Positions 10,962 through 24,495 of a DNA stretch of 64,000 nt are shown here, piece after piece. The notes under the pieces are model-generated. The model searched no databases. It was not told the DNA's origin and saw nothing but the letters and a program-made list of their open reading frames with translations. Made by a program: the position numbers and the translations under genes. Numbering within the stretch: position 1 is the stretch's first letter; each line of letters starts with the position of its first letter. This DNA comes from Octopus sinensis (Eukaryota). The DNA is taken from NCBI RefSeq assembly GCF_006345805.1, contig NC_043002.1:32178001-32242000 (forward strand), given 5' to 3'.

Positions 10962-11924
10962 TGCCGGCCAAGTAGTGTGGAGCGACTGACCTCCCTTGTT
11001 CAAGGTTATATGGATACAGATGTGTATCAAATAGCTAACTTAAGGCGATGGCTCATGGAGCTAATAAGCGGTCAGCTTTTTCTTATTTTTATAAGAATGC
11101 CATTAGTATGGCGATAACTAAATTATATATATATATAATATATATATATATATATAATTAATATATATATATATATATACATATACATACATACATACAT
11201 ACATATACTGAACGCTTGAGTATTATTTCCCGACAGCTCTCTTTTTCGGTTCACTAAAGCCTGGAATTTATCCAGAATCAACAAATAGGCAAATATTCGT
11301 GTAATCACATGATCTGTTTATCAATGATGCTCCCTACAATTGTTTGCAAGTAATTTTCATGACATATTAAAAAGATGCAAATTCTTTTTTTATATATATC
11401 TCTAAATTAACCTTAACCAGTATTATCCTATTTACAAGAAGGACCCCGAAAAGTCATAGCGACATTATTTCTTCTTTTCTATGTCGTGGACCGGGGACAT
11501 TATTATAGCAGAATGTGAAGATCATCTGAAGCCTAAAATGAGATTGACCATATGTGCGGGCTAACTGGATGTTACACATACATACTCACACACACGCACA
11601 CACATACACACACACACACACAAACACACATATGCACACACACATACACACACACATACATACACACACACACATGCACACACACACACACGCACACACA
11701 CACACACACACACACATGCACACACACATACACGTAACTGTGGAACAATGAGAATGAGTGAGTGCTCAACACCGCATTGGTAGATGAAATTTCTTTATTT
11801 GTGTATTAAGACTGCCATTGGTTTCATGTTAAGAAAACAATCTTAATATCTTAACAATTTTTCAAGGCGATCACATAGCGGTATGGTATTCGTCTCCATT
11901 TTGAATGAAAAAGCAAAAAGTCTC

Positions 11925-12415
<491 letters not shown>

Positions 12416-12424
12416 GTGTAGAAA

Positions 12425-12484
<60 letters not shown>

Positions 12485-14011
12485 CATATATATTGTTGTC
12501 ACAAACGTATTTCCACGGGACTAAAGGTTTAGGGCAATCTGTATTTACTACACGATATGTGAAGAGTGCAGCAGGTAAATGGTTTACATTACACGGGAGT
12601 TGACTCTGGTTGCTCACTGATCGTGAGCCTTATTATTATTATTATTAAATAAATAAATACATAAATAAAAGAAACAAAAATGGCACATTTTAGCATTTGT
12701 CTTTCAAGGATGCGTTTCACTTTGATAGAATTTAAAATTTTTTAAAGAAAATTAAAGGTTTCTTCTTTGAGCCAAGATGTCTAAAACGATGAGAATATTT
12801 TCGTTTACACTATAATTTATTTCCCAAAATATAAAATTCAATGGGTGGAATTTATTCTTTATATAAACGACGTCTTTCTGAAAAGCTGTTTCATAACTAT
12901 CAGTACTCTCATTTCTCCATTCCTCTATAACCACCTCAGTGAGAAAGGATCTTTAAATTAAAACAAACACTCGCGTGCAGACGCACCCATGCATCTCTGC
13001 ATATACATATATATAAATGCGTATAAATATATGTATACATTTATCTATTGAAGACTATTGAAAAGGTTGCAAAATGCAACGAAAATTTTAGGAAAATTTT
13101 ACCGGTGAGTGTGTTACATTATAAGGTACAAAAAGAAAATGGCTCTCCCCAGACACAACAGAATATGCTTCAATACACGAACTCATATAAAGAATCTTGC
13201 AAACCAAAACGAAAAACGAAATATATCTATCTATTTATCTATCTATGTATCTATCCATCTACCTATGTGTGTGTGTATGTGTGTGGGGTGGGGTGGGGGT
13301 ATAAGTGTATGACCTGAACATTCTGAACCAATTCCAGGCCACGACGTCATCCTTGACGATGATAGCCAACAATCAAAACATTTATTACTAACAGGCAGTT
13401 TATAGAAGAGACAGTCAGGTACTGGCACACCTTATAGTGTGTTTTATTTTAATTTATTATATGCTTTATCTTTCTTTATTCTTTGTGTCGTATTTTTTTT
13501 CAATTACTTCTTGTTTTATCTTCAGTCTAGCAACTTAATCTATTATTTGCCATTCATCATTCCTCCTTAATTTATTTTAGATAAGACTTACTATCAACAT
13601 GCTCTATATTATGCTTATGTGAGGAGAAACCGAGTTATATCACCTGAGGAGATGCTTCTGTACTGCAGGATGCATTGAAATTCATTGTATACTTACACAC
13701 TCACGAGGGAGAGGTGGAGGATGTGTCGAAACGATCGTTGTGAAAAATAAAGATTCCAGTATATTCTATCTTCCATATTAATTGTTATTACTATACCCAA
13801 TTCTAGCACTGAATAATCCCTAACGTAGATCCATCGACGATTGTGCAATTCCCGTGGATGACAAGTAGCCATAAGCAGTGAGCGTGCTTTGCTGGCATAT
13901 TACTAGGGACTTACTGAAAATGCAGCTTAAATTTTGAATTTAAATCTAACTTTAATTATAACTGATTTATATATATATATATATCTATATATATATTATA
14001 TATTATATATA

Positions 14012-14044
<33 letters not shown>

Positions 14045-14154
14045 TATGTATGTATATGTCTATATCCTATTGTATGATGTATGTATATATTGTATGTATG
14101 TATGTATGTATGTATGTATGTATGCATGCATGTATGCATCTATGTATATGTATG

Positions 14155-14193
<39 letters not shown>

Positions 14194-14195
<2 letters not shown>

Positions 14196-14393
14196 AAGGG
14201 AAAGTTTACGAAAATAAACAAAAGACGATGACAGGTGGTGTACAAAACAACAGATGTATTAGTATACCGCGCAGGAATAGAAACGTCTTTTACGTTTCGA
14301 CCCTACGCTCTTCTACAGAAAGGTACACAGAAAAAACAAGGAGAGAAAAAAATGTGTGTAGTCGCTAACGATCTATCACGGCGTCTGACTCGG
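14194..14393 (-). mobile_element. (TA)n-abutting repeat with a decayed minimal hammerhead (Penelope-like terminal-repeat type)
   Basis: Minus strand CTTT-CTGTAGA-A-GAGC-gtag-GGTC-GAAA-CG-TA-AAAG. Homologous to 29318-29510. Confidence 0.55.
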
Positions 14394-14414
14394 GCATATA
14401 TATAATGTAAATAC

Positions 14415-14500
<86 letters not shown>

Positions 14501-14597
14501 TTATATATATTTATATATATATGTATGTATATATATATAATGTGTGTATGTATGTAGTATGTATGTATGATGTATGTATGTATGTATGTGCTTACGT

Positions 14598-14785
14598 GTA
14601 GGCACAGATGTGTCTGTGAGGTAAGAAGCTTGCTTCCCAACCACATGGTTCCGGGTTCAGTCATCTGAGTAGTACCTTGAGCAAGTGTCTTCTACTATAG
14701 ACTTGTGAGTGGATTTGGTAGACGAAAACTGAAAGAAACGCGTGGTATATATGTGTGTATTTATTTGTGTGTGTCTGTGTGTGTG
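14598..14785 (+). mobile_element. SINE family B, 5' half, running into the assembly gap
   Basis: Head block ggtaagaagcttgcttcccaaccacatggttccgggttcagtc...gtggatttggtagacg.aaactgaaagaa, then a (TG)n linker, then Ns. Confidence 0.8.
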
Positions 14786-14885
14786 NNNNNNNNNNNNNNN
14801 NNNNNNNNNNNNNNNNNNNNNNNNNNNNNNNNNNNNNNNNNNNNNNNNNNNNNNNNNNNNNNNNNNNNNNNNNNNNNNNNNNNNN
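14786..14885. other. Scaffold gap (100 N)
   Basis: Run of exactly 100 Ns. True size unknown. Confidence 0.99.
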
Positions 14886-17377
14886 GATGTGCTGGTGAGT
14901 TATTCCTTGTCATTTATTGGTTTCTCAAATAAATTTCCTCTTTTGTTCATGGTTTAATCCTTTTCAATGTTATTTGAATTAATACGAAATATACTTTTAA
15001 CATAGTGCTTTATGTTACTTTTTCAAATTAGGTTATTCACTTTTCAAATTTGAATAAATTCTACTTTTTCTAGGACATATGACGATCGAGTGCGAAGTAG
15101 AAAAATTTAAAATAAATAAAAAATGAATGAAGTTATCTGACAACCTAAGAATCGGTTGATACTTTTAATTAGAGACAACCATTGCCGCTACAAAGTCAAT
15201 TAAGAAGGAAGAGAAGTAGCAGTACTGTCACCACCACCACCACTATTTCCGCTACGACAACGAACAGCAACATATCCATTGCGTTCATGAGGAAGCAAAT
15301 TTCAGCAAAGTGACCAGAACCGTTGATACCATAAACTAGAAAAGGAAGCCGAACAAGACAGAAATGTCTCTAGTCGCGCCCCTTGATACGGTCAAAACCG
15401 TCGCAACATGCAATTTCACATACGAAAGCATGGGTCTGAAAAGTAGGATTTGAAAGATAAAAATATATATAAGTTGAGAGGTATTTGTAGTATGCATAGG
15501 GGCAGAAAACCTTCGTCACACGTAAAGGATGTTTTGAGATGTTTGGTCCAATCTTATCTGAGAGCAACAATAGACTCCACATCATTTTGTGGATTTTATT
15601 CTTGTTCCATCTTATTTGCATCGGCGGCTGACAAAGATGAAGTTGACACGTGTCACCAAAGATAGATATATAGATAGATATGTAGAGGATGATGTCACCC
15701 GTTCTGAGTGACGAGTTGAACATCAAAATCAAAAGAGTAATAAGGGGATGTAGGCTTGTATAGCACAGAATAACAGGAAATACTTAAAGGAAATCAATTT
15801 CAAACCGCCATCCATTGAGAATGCCTATATCGTTTACATACCACTGAAGAGCAAGTTCTCAAAAGACCTAAGATTCTGAAATGTAATAGCAGACAAAATA
15901 TTTCAGGAAAAATTTTCCAATTATGCCGACTGCAAAAAATAGATTACTTATCTTTTTTTCCAGTATACATGGCCGTACACAAAGTATAAGGTATAAATGT
16001 TCGTGGCCTCAGGTCACTACCTCAGCGACATCAGGAGAACAATAAGATTTTCAAGACACATTCCTTCACACCAGTCTTCGTATACGCATTTGTTCGTCGG
16101 TCAAGAGTGAAAAGGTGGACTTATAGTACTGTTTCAGGTAAGGACGATCTAACTGGATCCGGACAGCAAGTTGATGGAATTTAATGTGAACAGCAGCGAA
16201 AGCATTTCTGAAACTCTGACAGATATTAATTGAATTTTTCCGAGTGCACCATTCTAGGTATAAAGCAGCGTTGGGTCATCTAAATGAGATCTATTTAGCG
16301 TATATTTTTAGGTCAGCGGACAGAGCTAGTTTGGGTATCTGCAGTTTCAGCTGGTAGCTTAAATGGACTACAATGGATGATTGACCTAAATAAGACCAGA
16401 ACAAGCATCTGGCTACAGGAAATAAATATCTTGTTCTCCTAGCCCAAAGCCAACAGTGAAAGGATTAGCGAACCAGTTATACAGCTGTTGACATGAGCGA
16501 CCATCAATAACTGGTGTGGGAGCTCCCCACAAAAAGAGCGAATGAAGTGAAATTCGATAAGATTTAGCAAAGAAAGGGCGAGTAAGAAAGGCTCGAAGCC
16601 AACATTCTTGCGGAGGGAATGGTTGTCGTCCACTTCATAGCGAAACACGAGGGCTGCTTTGTCAGGGCTAGTGCACATGTCCTAAGACACGGAGTATCGA
16701 AAAAGATTCGGGTAAGATCGGTTTGCAGAAGCATGACAGTTTTGATAGCCTGGAACAACAGGTGTACGTTGCTCGCTTCCGAAGAGATATTCAGCGGTTT
16801 TCCAAATACATTTTGTCAAATTTCTCAGGATGAGCATTCACTCAAAGTCGGTACAGAATTTTAATGCCTTCATCGACAGCCTACTACAACTATTGGCATA
16901 AAATATGCAGCGCTGCGAAAAGCTGATAACAGCATCTGAAATGCAAATGGTGGTTGGGATTGTACATAAAGAGAATAACCTGCTTGTGATTTGGGCTGCT
17001 ACACAGGGTTGTGAGTTTGATTACTGGACACTGTGTCGCATTGTATCTTTAATCAAATCACTTAATTTCATGTTGGCGCAGTTTAATTTGTTGAAAATTT
17101 TAACCAGCCTTCTGTCATAATCTAGATATGCCACCGAGGCAACATGAATAGAGCGGTACGAAATGGTTAATGTCTGCTAACGACTATATATAATAGGTTT
17201 GCAAAACTGGTACAAGCTACTGGCTAACAATTGTTTGTGAACGTCAACTAAGGAAATTTGAATTTTCTTTCTTCGTTTGATCATTTCTAGGTGAACTTCC
17301 ACTGCACTGTATTATCCTGAAGGTCATACTATTCCTAATATCTTCGAGTACTTGCATCTAATTATTATTTTTTTAAT

Positions 17378-17716
17378 CCTCTCCACCTCCTCCTCCACAT
17401 CCACCTGTTCCACTTTCTTCTCCTCTTCCTCCACCTCCTCCTCCACATCCACGTGTTCCACCACCTCCTCCATCTCCTCCTCCCCTCCTCCTTTTCCCCA
17501 TCCCCCTCCACATCCACCTGTTCCACCTCCTCCATCTCCTCCTCCACCTCCTCTCCTTCCTCCACCTCTTCCTCCACATCCACCTGTTTCACCTCCTCCT
17601 CTATCTCCTCCTACTTCACCTCCTCCTTTACCTCCTCCTCCTCATCATCATCCTCATCCTTCTTCTTCTTCTTCTTCTTCTTCTTCTTCTTCTTCTTCTT
17701 CTTCTTCTTCTTCTTC
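17378..17716. repeat. Polypyrimidine (CCT/CCA)n to (CTT)n low-complexity tract
   Basis: Directly visible. Source of the Pro/Ser-rich ORF 17352-17972. Confidence 0.9.
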
Positions 17717-18096
17717 CACACATAGATCGTTTACAGCTCCTGCACGCAGCTCTGAGGCACAACACATTCCTCAGCACAGAGGCGTCCGAGCACCGCATCT
17801 ATATCATCATCATCATCATCATTATTATGTAATTGCTCAAAATTTGGTAGTTTCAGGCAATTTTCTACTGCATAACCTGCTACACCGCCGTGTTGCTGGG
17901 GTGTGCGCAGCATTGTGCTTTCTTTTCTGTTGTCAGAAGAGTGGAAACTCTTCCCGGTATTGTATTGCGTAATTTTTTTTCTTTCTTTTGGGTGTGTTGC
18001 GGTCTTTTATTGTATTACTGCTTGCAATAATAATATATGTAATAATATTGAGTGTGTAATGCATTGGTTACACAACTTGCTGGTGGAAGAATATAT

Positions 18097-18265
18097 AGCA
18101 CACCGGCCGAAATGCTTAGCGGTATTTCGTCTGTCGCTACGCCAAGGTCGACTTTGCCTTGCATCCTTTCGGGGTCGATAAATTAAGTACCAGTTGAGTA
18201 CTGGGGTCGATGTAATCGACTATTCCCTCCCCAAAATTTCAGGCCATGTGCCTATAGTAGAAAGA
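18097..18265 (+). mobile_element. SINE family C with an (ATT)n tail
   Basis: agcac.ccgg.cgaaatgcttagcggtatttcgtctg...aggtcgactttgcctt.catcctttcggggtcgataaattaagtaccag...cctatagtagaaag, followed by (ATT)n. Confidence 0.85.
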
Positions 18266-18269
18266 ATTA

Positions 18270-18327
<58 letters not shown>

Positions 18328-18349
18328 CATCATCATCATTATTATTATT

Positions 18350-18879
18350 GGGTGAGAGAGCAGGGCATGCTACCATAGTGACACTGGGGTGAAATATATG
18401 AAACCCAGTATACCCATCATGACTACCCGTCTAATAAGGGTACACCAGGCACATGCGTCACAACCGTATATGCGCGACATAGTGGTCTCATATCAAGATA
18501 AACAGCTCATGACCTTGCAGGTGGGGCCCAGTTAGAACTTTCTTTAGGTCGAGTAGCCCATGCTGCTCAAATGGTCCTTGAATAACGGTTGTTTAAAGAT
18601 GTTTCTAAAGGTAAATTATCCAAGCTCCAAAGAATACCTCTCAACACACGGCTATGATGCTCCCCCACTACTTCTGCCTGTCATCAGAGAGGTACATATC
18701 ATCAACCATCAAGGGACATGCTCATCTGATTAAGCTCAAACAACTGACAAGCAAATCTGTGGTTTTGAGCAGAATATCTGCTGTAACCCATCTTTTATAC
18801 CAATACAATGTACATGTTATCACTTCCAGTCAGTTAAGATGAGAAGCCATGAGAGCCATGGCTTGGAACTGAATCAGGA
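18350..18879 (-). mobile_element. ~530-bp non-coding element (family D) embedded in (TAA)n
   Basis: Alignable over its length with 57385-57910 and 20839-21289. (ATT)n on both sides on the + strand. Confidence 0.85.
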
Positions 18880-18999
18880 TATTTTTTTATTTTTATTATA
18901 ATCATCCTCATTATTATTATAACTATATTATTATAATCATCATCATCATCATCATCATCATCGTCGTCGTCGTCATCATCGTCATCATCGTCATCATCG

Positions 19000-19100
<101 letters not shown>

Positions 19101-19101
19101 G

Positions 19102-19225
19102 CTAGGCGGTGAGTTAGCAGAATCGTTAAAACGCCGGACAAAATGCTTAGGGTTGTTTCTTTCGTTCTGAGTTCAGATTCAGCCAAGGTCAACTTTTGCT
19201 TTTCATCGATAAAATAAATACCCGT
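19102..19225 (+). mobile_element. SINE family C, 5' part
   Basis: aggcggtgagttagcagaatcgtta..acgccggacaaaatgcttag...gttctgagttca.attcagcc.aggtc.act. Confidence 0.7.
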
Positions 19226-19659
19226 AACATTTTCTGGCATTATGCTACTATTAGAAGCAATTAGATTGCTGCAATATATAGCTACATTCTGTCAAGTTGT
19301 CAGAGTGAATAACCACCTGTCGGAATCGTTCAATATCATACGATCAAACCGTCGCGAGTGATCTCTTTCTTCCTTTCTGCACATATTGAATCTAGAGCCA
19401 CTGTTGCAAAAGAGGGCCATAGTGATATCTTGCGTGATGAATTACAGATTGACCGCCATACCGCCCCTCACTTCTGTTATATCGCAATACTACACAGTGG
19501 CTGTGTGTGCATCTCACCTTCATCGCCACTGTTATATCGCACGTTCCGATGTCTAGACTTCTCTTTCTATATCTACGTTTTGGGCTAGCCTACTTCATCG
19601 TCTTGGGGCACCCACACAACAACTTCACGTCTAACATTCATGGTGTACTTATTCTTCTG

Positions 19660-20560
19660 TTTTCTGTATAGGAAATGCGTTCTGCTATCCATTTTGTGTC
19701 AACATTCGGTGCATGGAGGATTGGGTATGGCGTGCCCGATGATGCGCAGACGTGCTGAGGGAGGCTATATCATCTCCTGCTTTTCCTTGACAGTAATCTG
19801 GCGTTGCCACCGTTTGTTACATGCGCTTTGGTGTAGCTCGTCTCTTTGATAGGGTTGCAGTGCTGAATCAAGCGTAGTCCGAGGAAGGGTTCCTGACCCA
19901 TGAGTGCCATCAGGTACTCACAAACTCCGCTAGTTGGACAATGAGGCTGGTAGATGTTCCACTACGGTGTTATACATAAGATTAATGGTGGGTAAAGCGA
20001 TGACATTCTTGGGTAAACTCAGGGTGTCAACGAAAATCAACTGGCTGGTCTTAATGGTTTCTAGAAATCTCTGAACTGGCACTGCTACTGGTGGGCTGGG
20101 TAGGAGGTCTTTGCTTTAAGCTACGCAAGCTCAAGATGCGCGCAGAGAGACGTAACCGTCCTGCACGCACTCGTACTATGTTCGAACATTGCTAAATTGT
20201 GGAGTGATGTCTAACAGTGGTTATCACGTGTAGGATTGATCCGGATACCAGCTGATTTCACCATCGAGATCGCTCTGCCGCCTTCCTTTGACTGGATTGG
20301 GTTCGCAGTTTCCATCAGTGTAGTGGCTATAGCAAAATACATTATTTGATAGATGAGGCTGGAACAACAGAAAGCAGAGACTTTTGCTCTTCGGCCAAGC
20401 TCTCATCAAATTGGTTAAAGTCCATTTGAAAACGATGAATGTTGAGAGAGTTGTGTTTCCCGCAGTAAATTTGATGAAAAACAAAGGTGAATGTAGAGAG
20501 GATGGTACGAGTGTTGGGCCTACAGTAAACTAACGCCTGTACGCTGAGTAGTGTGGAGGA
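19660..20560 (+). mobile_element. Degenerate L1/Tx1-type LINE ORF2 3' region
   Basis: Fragmentary translations (HGGLGMACPMM...; LPPSFDWIGFAVSISVVAIAKYII) align by eye with the better-preserved copy at 55990-56480. Confidence 0.45.
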
Positions 20561-20783
20561 GAAAGGAGCACTTGCACTTGCCATGGTCCCCCTGATGAGT
20601 ATGAGGAATTGACAACTGTGAGATACCTTGGTGTTTCCACCTTACTAAGCTTGAGGCATTTTGTAGTTAGAATATTCTTGTTAATTGCTTCTTAATGTTT
20701 ACAATTTTTTATGTAAATCTCCAGTCTCCTTTGGCTTTGATTTGTCTTAAATGTTTTTGAGGATCCCTGTAGCCAATCAAGAA

Positions 20784-20838
<55 letters not shown>

Positions 20839-20840
<2 letters not shown>

Positions 20841-21289
20841 CGAAGCCCAGTATACCCATCATGGCTACCCGTCTGGTAAGGGTACACTAAGCACATGCAT
20901 CACAACCATATGTGCGCGACATGGTGATCTCATATCAAGATAAACAGCACATGACCTTGCAGGTGGGGCCCAGCTGGAATTTTCTTCAGATTGAGTAGCC
21001 CATCCCGCTCAAAAGGTCCCCGAATAAGGGTTGTTTAAGGATGTTGAAAGAACCACCCATGTTTCCAGAGGTTAATTATTCAAATCCCAAAGAATCCCGC
21101 TAAACACATGGCTACTTCTGCTCGTGATCAGCGATGCACATATCGTCCTCCACTAAAGGACATGCTCAACTGGTTAAGGTCAAGCAAGTGACAAGCAAAT
21201 CTCTGGTATTGAGCAAAATATTTGCTGTAGTCCATCTTTTATACCAAGACAAAACAATGTACATGATGACACTTTCAATCAGTTGAGAT
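20839..21289 (-). mobile_element. Family D element, truncated at both ends, in (TAA)n
   Basis: tatacgaagcccagtatacccatcatggctacccgtctg...acactttcaatcagttgagatc, homologous to 18350 and 57385. Confidence 0.85.
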
Positions 21290-21309
21290 CATTTTTATTA
21301 TTATTATTA

Positions 21310-21347
<38 letters not shown>

Positions 21348-21454
21348 TATTATTATTATATCATTATTATATATTATTATTATATTATTATTATTATTAT
21401 TATTATTATATTATTATTATTATTATTATTATTATTATCATCCTCGTCATCGTC

Positions 21455-21486
<32 letters not shown>

Positions 21487-22189
21487 CATCGTCGTCGTCG
21501 TCGTCATCGTCGTCGTCGTCGTCGTCGTCGCCGTTGTTGTTGTTTTCCATGTTGTCATCGTTATCATTATTATTACCATTATTCCTATTATGATCGAATT
21601 GATAGTTATTATCGTTATTTATGACCGTTTACCATTTTCTCATAACAATTCTTTTTAATACAGAACACACCACGAAGTTTTCTTTCAAATTCCACTTTTT
21701 CTTATACACCTTGTCGTCTCCCTCATTTCTGAACTTCCTTCATCGTTTCTTATTATATCCATACAAATGTATGATTATGTGGTTGTGTGTGTGTGTGTGC
21801 ATACATACATACATACATACATACATACATACATACATACATACATACATACATACATACATACATACATACATAATACATACATACATACGTATGTACG
21901 AACGTGCGTATCATATCTATGTGTGTGATAGTTATAACTTATGTTATTGCTATGCGTTTTTTTTACATGTAGCAACTGTTTCTACTGCTAATAGCCACCG
22001 CACACTAATGTTTGGTATTTGTAGCTGCTGCTGCTGCTATTGTTGTTGTTGTTGTTGTTTGTGTTGTTGTCGCTGTTGATCTTTTCATTCTTCTTAATAT
22101 TTATCTTCTTTACTTTCGCTTTTATTTTCTATTTTACTCGTCCTTTTTCCCTTCATCTTTACTTCCTCCAACTCATTTCCATAACGCTT

Positions 22190-22194
22190 CTTCT

Positions 22195-22226
<32 letters not shown>

Positions 22227-22451
22227 TTCTTCTTCTTCTTCTTCTTCTTCTTCTTCTTCTTCTTCTTCTTCTTCTTCTTCTTCCATCTTCATCTTCTTCC
22301 ACCTACATCTTCTCTTTTCTTCTTCTTCGTCTTCTTTTTCTTTCACCCTAAGGTTACAAGTAACGGGCTTCGACCTTATCTTTTCATTATACAATACGTT
22401 TTATTGCAAACCATGCAGTTTGTGGTAACGGCTGAACACAAGGACAAGAGT

Positions 22452-22526
<75 letters not shown>

Positions 22527-22752
22527 TCTCTTTCTCTCTCTATCACTCTCCATTCTCCCCTCTCTCTCTCACACACACTGTCTTTCTATTTCTAACTTTC
22601 GTTTCTTTCTTCCTTCCTTTCTATTTGCTCCTTTAAAGTCAAAATGTTATCAAACATTCAGTATTTGCGTGTTTGGGATTTATGTTTATAAATTGCTCAC
22701 TATGTTTCTGCAATAAACCATCCTTACAGCTTTGTGTGTTCATCAAGATATA

Positions 22753-22821
<69 letters not shown>

Positions 22822-22823
22822 CA

Positions 22824-22854
<31 letters not shown>

Positions 22855-23038
22855 CTGTATCTGTGCATACAGATATGCATCCACATATACTGAATATATG
22901 CAGGTTGCATATAACAATCATAGTTGTGTAAGTTTATTCGTGAATAGAAGGAATTTATAATATAATGCATATGGGTATATAGTTTAATCTATCTAGGTTT
23001 CTGTAGTCCATATTTATATCGTTAAATGATGCACATCT

Positions 23039-23078
<40 letters not shown>

Positions 23079-23115
23079 TATATTATATATATATATATAT
23101 ATATAATATATATAT

Positions 23116-23179
<64 letters not shown>

Positions 23180-23209
23180 ATATATATATATATATATAAT
23201 ATATATATA

Positions 23210-23308
<99 letters not shown>

Positions 23309-23310
23309 AA
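22190..23310. repeat. Microsatellite cluster: (CTT)n, (CT)n, long (TA)n tracts
   Basis: Directly visible. Confidence 0.95.
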
Positions 23311-24289
23311 CGTACATTACACACTCACACACACATATGCATATTTCTTATATGCATAGAAATGCTATAATGATCCCTAACACATGAAGTTATTGATTTT
23401 CTTTTGCTTCTATTTGATAAAGAATGTTTGTATTCTCGTTTTCTTTTTGAATTATTTCTTAAAGTAAATAGTTCCAGCTGAAGTTATAAACTGTATGAAT
23501 GTTATAACAACGTCCTAGAGATATCTTTGGAATTTTTTCAGGACAATGTAAGTTCTGAAAATGTCAAGTTTTTGCCATTCAGTATCGAAATATTCATAGA
23601 ATAAAAGACCTTTAGATATCAAATGTAATCGATTAAATTCCGTACTTTATTATTGAGACTTCAATGTGATGCTGACCATTTATTGAATGTCAGGCGCGAA
23701 GTTTTAGAATAGCGTGTTCAAATGATAAGAATCTACCAAACATTAGATTTGCAACGGGTTCCAATATTCAGCGATATCATATACTCAATTGAAACTTTGG
23801 GGTCGAATATATCGGGTTAGTTGTTGATAAAGTAAAATTCAGTATTTTTTTCGTTAGATAACGTAGAGGTTATTATTAAAGGCATGTGAATTCGCTGAAT
23901 CCTTATAATGCCGGACAAAATGTCGTGCGGTATTTTATTTACCGATTTTCTGGTGCACTGGTTATGTTAGAAATAATTTCTATTGGATTTGTATTAGAGG
24001 TGTTGTTACTTGCTCAACTGACACACATTTATATATTTTGGTAGATGTATTTGCTGATTAACGTTGTGAATACAATGGATGTAACAAAAATCACGAAACT
24101 GACTTTTGATGTTTCAGTAACTGTGACCACCTGTTCTTGACAGGTTCACTGAGAACGATCGATGGACGTAGTGTTCCTCATCACCCTTTGTGACTAAAAT
24201 ACCTTAAGGAACCCTATCGATTCTGCCAAACCACTCCCCTCCAGTAATCCATTGATGATGTAAACTACGTCATTTGACTCAAAACTGGT

Positions 24290-24495
24290 TTGTAATATTG
24301 ACACAAGGCCAGCAATTTCGGGTGTAGCGAAAGGTCGATTACATCGACCTGGTGCTCAAAAGGTACTTATTTTATCAACTCCGAAATGACGAAGAGCAAA
24401 GTCGACCCCGATGACATTTGAACTCAGAACGTAAAGGGGACGAAACTCCACTAAGCACGTTGCTGGGCGTGCTCACGATTCTGCCAGCCAGCTGC
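24290..24495 (-). mobile_element. SINE family C, diverged copy
   Basis: acaaggccagcaatttcggg...gattacatcgacc.ggtgctcaa.aggtacttattttatc.ac.ccgaaa.gacgaa.agcaaagtcgacc. Confidence 0.7.

Larger units (their letters stand above)
9765..11122. mobile_element. Head-to-head array of a ~360-bp hammerhead-containing unit (candidate non-LTR retrozyme / Penelope-like-dependent element)
   Basis: About 2.2 direct copies at 9765-10543 (unit restarts near 10122 and 10481), then about 1.6 inverted copies at 10544-11122. Each unit contains one hammerhead fold. (TA)n lies on both flanks. Confidence 0.8.

Noticed and set aside
13610-13750. CTGAGGA...GAAA and CGAAACG motifs suggesting another hammerhead
   Set aside because: Stems I and III cannot be formed convincingly.
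16330-16880. GC-richer segment with overlapping short ORFs (one containing FRYEVDD)
   Set aside because: Probably decayed LINE sequence, but I could not assign a family. The YxDD-like match lacks RT context.
17352-17972. 206-aa Pro/Ser-rich extensin- or formin-like ORF
   Set aside because: Encoded by a (CCT)/(CTT) low-complexity tract with no splice or domain support.
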